From an uncultured Bacteroidota bacterium (GTDB taxonomy: Bacteria > Bacteroidota > Ignavibacteria > UBA10030 > UBA6906), in contig CAVOYH010000006.1 of assembly GCA_963700635.1 (NCBI GenBank), positions 32,001-96,000 on the forward strand: a stretch of DNA of 64,000 nt, in the 5' to 3' direction. Numbering within the stretch: the first letter of the stretch is position 1; each line of letters opens with the position of its first letter. The notes beneath the pieces were generated by a model. It saw nothing but the letters and a program-made list of their open reading frames with translations. It had not been told where the DNA came from and did not search any database. Below, piece after piece: positions 57,822-64,000 of the stretch. Position numbers and translations under genes: made by a program.

Positions 57822-59699
57822 TTAGCCAGCTGCTTCATCTATCTGATCCATCGCGAAGTGGTCCAGGATTTTCTCCGCCGTCTTCTGCCCCACTACTTCG
57901 GCAAGCTGCTCCCTTGACGCAAACTTGACCCCCTGAACCGATCCAAAAGATTCCAGCAGTTCCCTGGCCCTCTTTTTTCCGATTCCTTCGATCAGGTCAA
58001 GCTCCGTTTGCAATGTCCGTTTCTTCCGCACGGTCCGGTGGAAGGTGACAGCAAACCGGTGGGCCTCGTCGCGAATCTGCTGCAACAACCGAAGTCCCCC
58101 GGAAGCTTTGGCAATGAGTTCAGGATCGCTTCTGCCCGGCAGGTACACTTCCTCCAGACGCTTCGCCAGGCCGATCACGGGTTGCGCCTTCAATCCCAGG
58201 CGCGTTAGCACCTCCACCGCACTCGAAAGCTGCCCTTTGCCTCCATCAACCATGAGCAGATCCGGCAGAACACTGTGTTCCTGGAGGATTCGGACAAATC
58301 TCCGTTCCACCACCTCCCGCATGCTGGCGAAATCATCCGGGCCTTCCACCCCCCGGATCTTGTACTTTCGATACTCACTTTTCCTGGGCTTCCCGTCCAC
58401 AAACACGACGAGCGACGCCACGGAATCCGTGCCCTGGGTGTTGGAGATGTCAAAACATTCAATGCGGCGGGGTGGGTGCGCAAGATGCAAATCCTGTTGC
58501 AGCGCGGTAACGGCATGAGGCAGAGATTGAGCGCGTTTCAGGCGTTGGATTTTTAGTTCATCAAGCAGGAAGCGGGCATTGTGCCGGGTGAGCGCAACAA
58601 GCTTGGCCTCTTCTCCTTCATGTGGAACGCGCAGCAAAACGGCGCTGCCACGCCGGTCCGACATCCATTGGGTCAGTGCCCCCGCATCATCGGGATCGGA
58701 AGGCAGGAGGAGTTCCTGGGGAACATCATCCGACTCAAGATATTGCTGCTGGATGAGCGTTTCAAGAATCTCCCCGGCTTGCTTGTCTTCAACGTTGCTC
58801 ATGTAATAATGCTGTCTGCCGATAAGTTTGCCGTCCCGGACTCTAAACACCACTCCGCATGCATCGTCTCCTTCCGATGCAAACGCGATAATATCACGGT
58901 CGCAGGCATCCAGGTCCACCGCTTTCTGCCTCTCCGCATACGCCTTCAGGCCCTTGATCCGGTCGCGCACCAGGGCCGCTTCTTCGAATCTCCGTCCGGC
59001 GGCCAGACTCTCCATCTCCTGCCGCAGCAGTCCGATCAGTGCTTCCGTTTTTCCCCGGAGCAACGTCACGACCTGCTCGATCATGGTATTGTACTGCTCC
59101 ACGGAGACCAATCCTTCACACGGTCCTTCACATTTCTTGATATGGTAATCCAGGCACAGTTTTACCTTCCGCCGTGCAATGGTGTCCGCATCCAGCATGA
59201 AGTTACAGCTCCGGATCATGAACAAATCCCGGATGGTTTTGAGCGCAGCGCGGACGTTCTTGACATCCGTGTACGGACCAAAATACCGGGATCCGTCACG
59301 CCGTATCTGGCGGGTCACAAACACGCGGGGAAACGGCTCATTCGTGACGACGATGTACGGATAACTCTTATCATCTTTGAGGCTGACGTTGTACCGTGGC
59401 TTGAGCTTTTTGATAAGATTGGCTTCAAGAATCAACGCCTCAACTTCGGAATCCGTGACAATAATCTCCAGGTCCGTTGCCCTGGAGAGCATTTGTGTGA
59501 TACGGGGTTCCACGGAGCGGGATTTCTGGAAGTATTGCCTGACCCGGCTGCGAAGATTTTTGGCTTTGCCTACATACAACACCTTCCCCTGACTATCCTT
59601 GTGCTGATAGACGCCGGGGCCGGTGGGCAATGTTTCGAGTTTTTCCGCCTGGGAAATGTCTTCGACCGCAATACGAATGGTTCTTCTGGATGAGGTCAT
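57822..59699 (-). CDS. uvrC: excinuclease ABC subunit C
   Basis: PGVY...YVGKAKNLR (GIY-YIG), RIECFDIS, VDGGKGQ, IRDEAHRFA, HhH tail. Confidence 0.98.
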   Translation of the reverse strand: MTSSRRTIRIAVEDISQAEKLETLPTGPGVYQHKDSQGKVLYVGKAKNLRSRVRQYFQKSRSVEPRITQMLSRATDLEIIVTDSEVEALILEANLIKKLKPRYNVSLKDDKSYPYIVVTNEPFPRVFVTRQIRRDGSRYFGPYTDVKNVRAALKTIRDLFMIRSCNFMLDADTIARRKVKLCLDYHIKKCEGPCEGLVSVEQYNTMIEQVVTLLRGKTEALIGLLRQEMESLAAGRRFEEAALVRDRIKGLKAYAERQKAVDLDACDRDIIAFASEGDDACGVVFRVRDGKLIGRQHYYMSNVEDKQAGEILETLIQQQYLESDDVPQELLLPSDPDDAGALTQWMSDRRGSAVLLRVPHEGEEAKLVALTRHNARFLLDELKIQRLKRAQSLPHAVTALQQDLHLAHPPRRIECFDISNTQGTDSVASLVVFVDGKPRKSEYRKYKIRGVEGPDDFASMREVVERRFVRILQEHSVLPDLLMVDGGKGQLSSAVEVLTRLGLKAQPVIGLAKRLEEVYLPGRSDPELIAKASGGLRLLQQIRDEAHRFAVTFHRTVRKKRTLQTELDLIEGIGKKRARELLESFGSVQGVKFASREQLAEVVGQKTAEKILDHFAMDQIDEAAG

Positions 59700-59744
59700 A
59701 GTGTGGCAGAGGTGTTTGTCCCTGCATCGTCCTGGATCACGGGC

Positions 59745-61784
59745 CTACCGGAGGAGCAGCATGGGGCGGGTTTCCCGCCATCCGCCGATCTGGAGACGAT
59801 AAAAATACACGCCGCTGGACAGTGCGCTCCCGTCAAAATGTACCGACGACGTTCCCGGAGGCTGTCGTTCAGAAACAAAACGGTACACTTCGCGACCGAG
59901 GAGATCAACCACCGTGAGCGCTACGGGCACGCCCGCTGCGGAGCCTTCGGGCGCGGCGGGAATCGAGAATCGTATGATGGTGTGTGCGTTGAACGGATTT
60001 GGATAATTCTGTTCGAGGGAATATGTCCCCCGCACATCGCGTGTTTCGACCGTCGTCACTCTCCTGACAACCTGTTTGAGTATCCACCCATCAGGATCCA
60101 CCGTGATGCTGTCAGGTATGAATGGCAGAGCAAAGGCGTACGATTGCACCCGCTGGAAGTTTTCCACGGTCCACGTCGAATCCCGGGTCTGGCCGTGGAT
60201 CTTCAGCGTGAGGGGCATTGTATAGAGGGGCCAGGATGTGGCCTGTTCCTGCGTGATGGTAACAACAACCGAATCCCCGGTCCACCGGTGCGCCACGCCG
60301 TAGATGGGCCAACCGCTTCCGTATATCCACTGCTGGAAAAACCAGTCCATTGATACGCCCGCTACGGAATCAACTGTGGCCTGAAACTGCGCGGTCGTGG
60401 AATTCCCGCCGCTGTGGTGTGCGCGATGGGCTTCAAGAATGCGGAAGAACGTGGTATCTCCAACAACTCCCCTGAGCGTGTGCAGCACCCAGGCACCCTT
60501 ACTATAGACAACGTCGTCAAACAGATTGTATCCCTGGCCGACGGGATCGTAAACCGCACCCTGCCATGAGCCGCGGTTAAAATGGAGCAGCTGGTTTTGC
60601 ATGTAGGCGCGGAGGGCAGGTCGCCCTCCATTGTATTCGGACCACAACGCTTCGCTGTAGGTGGCAAAACTTTCGTTCAACCAGATGTCCCGCCAGGTCC
60701 CACACGTCACCAGGTTTCCCCACCACTGATGTGCCAGTTCGTGAAGAACTACCCGTTCATCGGTTTTCAGGAATCTGTTCATCGTCGTGATCGTCTGGTG
60801 TTCCATCCCTCCGTATCCAAACGGCACGATTGCCGTCATTCCATATTTGTCGAATGGATAGGGACCAAACAGATTGGAGAGTGCGGCGACCATTTCCCGG
60901 ACCGTGGGCAGATAGTTGGCCGTCTCCACGGAATCCGGGGCCCACACGTAGTATTGCAGGGGGATGGTATCACCCGCCGCACGTACAAAGGGGAGCGTGG
61001 AGACGGTAAAGCGGGAAGCGGTGATGCTCATCAGATAAGGGGCGATCGGATGCACCTCGCGCCAATGCCATGTGACGCTGCCTCCGGGTTCCGGTACGAC
61101 GGACACCAGCGCGCCGTTTGAAGCGGCCACGTATCCTGACGGAACGGTGATCTGCAAGTCCGCCGTGGCCTTGTCCCACGGCTCGTCATGGCACGGCATC
61201 CAGTATCGCGCGTCCGACGGTTCAGACATTGTATAGCCAAGGTTTGCAGGAATCCCCAGCGTATCCCTGAAGAAGTAATAGCCCCACCGGGAGCCCGGAC
61301 GTTTTACGCCCGGAAGACGGCGGTAATCAATCCGGACAGCCAGGGTCTCCCCGCCAAAAAAGAGATGCCCACCCGGATGGATGAGGGTTATATTTTCAGC
61401 CACCGTATCCGCCACCACCGTGCACAGTACCCCGTTTACCGACGCCGAATCAATCTGCAGTTTTGCAGCATGTACCACGATACGGTCCGTGCTTCCTGCG
61501 GCGCCGGGCAGCCGTACCAGCATCGTCATGCTGCCTCCGAGGAATTCATCGATCATGGCGAGCGTGAGGGCAAGATCATAGTGTAGTACATCAAGCGCTT
61601 CCTCCGCGGGGGAGGCTTGCGCGAACGAGACTGTTCCACCCGCCATCGTTTGCTTGCTGAATGCCGCTTCATGCTGAGCCTGCGCAGAGACAGAACCGAC
61701 AATCACGGCCGCACCCATCCCCAGCACGAACACCAAACCCCGGAAAAAGAATTTCCGAATCGTATCAGCGAACACGACGAGCAT
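59745..61784 (-). CDS. M1-family aminopeptidase with T9SS (Por) C-terminal sorting domain
   Basis: GGMEH, HELAHQWWG...NESFATY, YSKGA; tail LEQNYPNPFN...DLLGREV...LSSGVYFYRL. Confidence 0.9.
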   Translation of the reverse strand: MLVVFADTIRKFFFRGLVFVLGMGAAVIVGSVSAQAQHEAAFSKQTMAGGTVSFAQASPAEEALDVLHYDLALTLAMIDEFLGGSMTMLVRLPGAAGSTDRIVVHAAKLQIDSASVNGVLCTVVADTVAENITLIHPGGHLFFGGETLAVRIDYRRLPGVKRPGSRWGYYFFRDTLGIPANLGYTMSEPSDARYWMPCHDEPWDKATADLQITVPSGYVAASNGALVSVVPEPGGSVTWHWREVHPIAPYLMSITASRFTVSTLPFVRAAGDTIPLQYYVWAPDSVETANYLPTVREMVAALSNLFGPYPFDKYGMTAIVPFGYGGMEHQTITTMNRFLKTDERVVLHELAHQWWGNLVTCGTWRDIWLNESFATYSEALWSEYNGGRPALRAYMQNQLLHFNRGSWQGAVYDPVGQGYNLFDDVVYSKGAWVLHTLRGVVGDTTFFRILEAHRAHHSGGNSTTAQFQATVDSVAGVSMDWFFQQWIYGSGWPIYGVAHRWTGDSVVVTITQEQATSWPLYTMPLTLKIHGQTRDSTWTVENFQRVQSYAFALPFIPDSITVDPDGWILKQVVRRVTTVETRDVRGTYSLEQNYPNPFNAHTIIRFSIPAAPEGSAAGVPVALTVVDLLGREVYRFVSERQPPGTSSVHFDGSALSSGVYFYRLQIGGWRETRPMLLLR

Positions 61785-62667
61785 ACAGCACCTTTCCGTT
61801 GGCAACGAGCAATCCTGTCAGAACGAGCGCCGCCCCGGTGAACACGGTCGGAGGTAGCCGTTCACCCAGTACGACGGACCCGAGAACAACCGCAACAATG
61901 GGATTGATGAAGCTGGAGAGTGAGAGATACACCGCTTCAATCCGTTTTAGCAACCAGAAGTACGCCATAAAGGTGACCACGGAGCCGACCACCGCAAGAT
62001 AGAGCAACGATCCGACGGCTGCGCCCGTCCACGTGACGTCCTGTCCTCCTTCCAGCAACACACTCATGATCAGAAGCAAACCTCCCCCCATGGCCATGCC
62101 GATAAAATTCATGGCAATGGGGCTGACCGGTTCGCCGAATTTCTTGATCACAATGAGTGCCAGCGCCTGGAGAATCGTGCTCACGAGAACCGCGGACATG
62201 CCCAAAAATGCGCGTGCGTCACCAATGGACGATTCCGCAGAGAAGATCACGACAACACCGATGAACCCGAGCACAACGGCGATAACCTTGAACACGTTAA
62301 GCCGCTCATCGCGTAACATCAGATGTGACAGGATGGCCACCCAGAGGGGAAACGCGCCGAACAAGATGCTGCTCAGTCCGGTCGGGATATACTGCTGTCC
62401 CCAGTAAATGAGTCCAAACGGAATACCTATGGTAAGAACGCCCAGGGAGACATACACCCTCCAGGCATTCCTTGTCAGGGGAACCGGGACCCCCCGCACG
62501 CGCACCATGCCGTACAACACAACGGCAGCGAAACAACAACGGATGCCGGCGGACAAAAAAGGGGGAACTGTTTCGAGGCCTATGCGGATGGCCAGCCAGG
62601 TCGTTCCCCACACAGTCGAAATAATCGTAAAAGCAATCCAGATCAGGATTCGTTCGGACTTCTGCAT
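61765..62667 (-). CDS. EamA/DMT-family transporter
   Basis: VWGTTW, PPFLSAGIR, about 10 TM helices, NPIVAVVLG...GE. Confidence 0.92.
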   Translation of the reverse strand: MQKSERILIWIAFTIISTVWGTTWLAIRIGLETVPPFLSAGIRCCFAAVVLYGMVRVRGVPVPLTRNAWRVYVSLGVLTIGIPFGLIYWGQQYIPTGLSSILFGAFPLWVAILSHLMLRDERLNVFKVIAVVLGFIGVVVIFSAESSIGDARAFLGMSAVLVSTILQALALIVIKKFGEPVSPIAMNFIGMAMGGGLLLIMSVLLEGGQDVTWTGAAVGSLLYLAVVGSVVTFMAYFWLLKRIEAVYLSLSSFINPIVAVVLGSVVLGERLPPTVFTGAALVLTGLLVANGKVLYARRVR

Positions 62668-62760
62668 CCGAAAATATAATAAATTCCCGGCAAAGAATGC
62701 AGGACCGTATTGACCTTTACACCGGATTTGCCATGATTATCACACTCCCGGGAGGCAGCT

Positions 62761-64000
62761 ATGGCTCGTGTGAAGTTGGTGACACTCATCGTGTGTGCGG
62801 CGTTGCCGTCGATGGTCTTTGGACAGGGGGGATACTACATCAGCCGGAGCGTAACGCTGCCGGCGCAGGGGATCCTCTCGCCGGTCAGCAAGATGCCGGT
62901 GGCCGTCAACCGCGAAGACGTCAAGGCTATCGGTATGGGACGGGCACAGGTGGCGATGGGGACAACATTCAACGCACTCACCTACAACCCCGCCCTGCTT
63001 GCCCGAAAACGTTTCGCGTTGGAAGTCCCGAGTGTGCAGGCCAGCCTCCCGGCAGAAACCTACGATGCCCTGCTCTTCCTGCAGGAGAACACGAACGAGT
63101 TCGAGCAGGCCTTTTTTCTTTCCGATCTCCGTCGCGGAATCGGCCAGTTTAACGATGCGCTGACAGATGCGGAACGCCTGAGAGCGCTCCTTGTCGTGCA
63201 CCAGGGACTCCAATTCCCCCGCGGGCTGCTGGATCAGGTGATCGGTCCGAGCACAAAACCCAAAACGCACGGGGTTCTTGTGATCCCGTCCATCACGGGG
63301 CAGTTCGGCCACTGGGGGGTTTCAATTCACGCAAACCTGCAATCCGGTTTCCAGGTGATTCAAAGCGCGACCTTCGAAGCGCTCTCGAGTATTGACGTGC
63401 CGACCACGCTTGACGATCAGGTGGCAATCACCCGCGCCCTTACGCAACTTGCAGCGGTGCTCCAGACCGTGACGGCGTCCAACGGAGCATTTCTTCTTGA
63501 TGATGCCCTACCCAAGGCATTTGCCGTATCGTATCTGGATGTCGTCGGAACGGTGGGGTACGGGGTGCCCCTGACCCCTTCGCTGAGCATCGGCGCGGCG
63601 CTGAAAGTTGTCAACAGAAGATTCTCTACGAAAAGAATAGCAGCAGACACATTCGATGAACTCCTGAGCGAAGTTCGGAAGGACTTTTCGGCGAACATTA
63701 CCGGCGTGACGATGGATATTGGAGGCCTCTATCAGTTTCCGGCACTCGGGACGGAGGTTGGCCTCTCGATTCAGAACGTCTTTCCGCTCGGCACAATCCG
63801 CTCATCCATGAATGCGGAATTCCTCACCACGACAGTCGTGTACGACCGCGACCCCCTTGATCGGATTATAGTGAATGCCGCAGGAGATACGGCGCTGATG
63901 ACGCTGGAGCAGACGATCCGTCTGACGAACCCGTTCGAACTCCAGCTGCCTGTCATCGTCAACGTCGGTGCCCGCCACCCGATCACGCCCCAATGGGATG
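62761..64000 (+). CDS. outer-membrane beta-barrel of the FadL/PorV/TraF-like group; runs off the window edge
   Basis: Absent from the ORF track. GGAGG SD, then MARVKLVTLIVCAALPSMVFGQ..., KAIGMGRAQVA...ALTYNPALL, SIGAALKVV, MDIGGLY; open to the end of the window. Confidence 0.7.
   Translation, partial: MARVKLVTLIVCAALPSMVFGQGGYYISRSVTLPAQGILSPVSKMPVAVNREDVKAIGMGRAQVAMGTTFNALTYNPALLARKRFALEVPSVQASLPAETYDALLFLQENTNEFEQAFFLSDLRRGIGQFNDALTDAERLRALLVVHQGLQFPRGLLDQVIGPSTKPKTHGVLVIPSITGQFGHWGVSIHANLQSGFQVIQSATFEALSSIDVPTTLDDQVAITRALTQLAAVLQTVTASNGAFLLDDALPKAFAVSYLDVVGTVGYGVPLTPSLSIGAALKVVNRRFSTKRIAADTFDELLSEVRKDFSANITGVTMDIGGLYQFPALGTEVGLSIQNVFPLGTIRSSMNAEFLTTTVVYDRDPLDRIIVNAAGDTALMTLEQTIRLTNPFELQLPVIVNVGARHPITPQWD

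Noticed and set aside
58581-59693. 370-aa + strand ORF
   Set aside because: Antisense shadow of uvrC with no recognisable features.
62761-64000. Conjugative element suggested by TraF-like similarity
   Set aside because: No other tra, relaxase or T4SS genes in the window; this barrel family is common on chromosomes.
1-64000. CRISPR arrays, rRNA, IS elements, prophage or recognisable defence systems
   Set aside because: No regularly spaced repeats and no transposase, integrase, phage or cas motifs were seen; intergenic gaps are short.

Overview
Chromosomal window from a GC-rich bacterium, probably in the Ignavibacteria/Chlorobi-type branch of the FCB group. This is inferred from a T9SS C-terminal sorting domain together with canonical TTGnnn-N17-TAnnnT promoters and Shine-Dalgarno use. 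1-17.7 kb: a partial TonB-dependent receptor diverges from a long + strand carbohydrate cluster (GH78, TIM-barrel isomerase, cupin, Gfo/Idh/MocA, AGE epimerase, PhyH dioxygenase, frameshifted sugar porter, GH51, GH47, Rbs-type ABC system) followed by a short, RNA-binding-site-diverged Rho. 17.7-28.8 kb: exported peptidases, an acyltransferase, and a Na+/solute symporter linked to a 1.07 kaa CBM-like/Ntn-hydrolase/degenerate-M1 chimera. 29-39.2 kb: a split rare-pentose cluster (ABC system, D-lyxose isomerase, UroD-family protein, GHMP kinase, FucI-like isomerase, GH172). 39-64 kb: mostly housekeeping genes (pdxB, gnd, glmS, pyrRBC, uvrC). The best non-coding signal is a tRNA-Val(CAC) gene abutting a PyrR-binding hairpin, followed by a 37-codon leader ORF that crosses a terminator and is translationally coupled to pyrR. 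No CRISPR array, rRNA or mobile element was seen. All calls come from reading the sequence by eye; no database searches were run.
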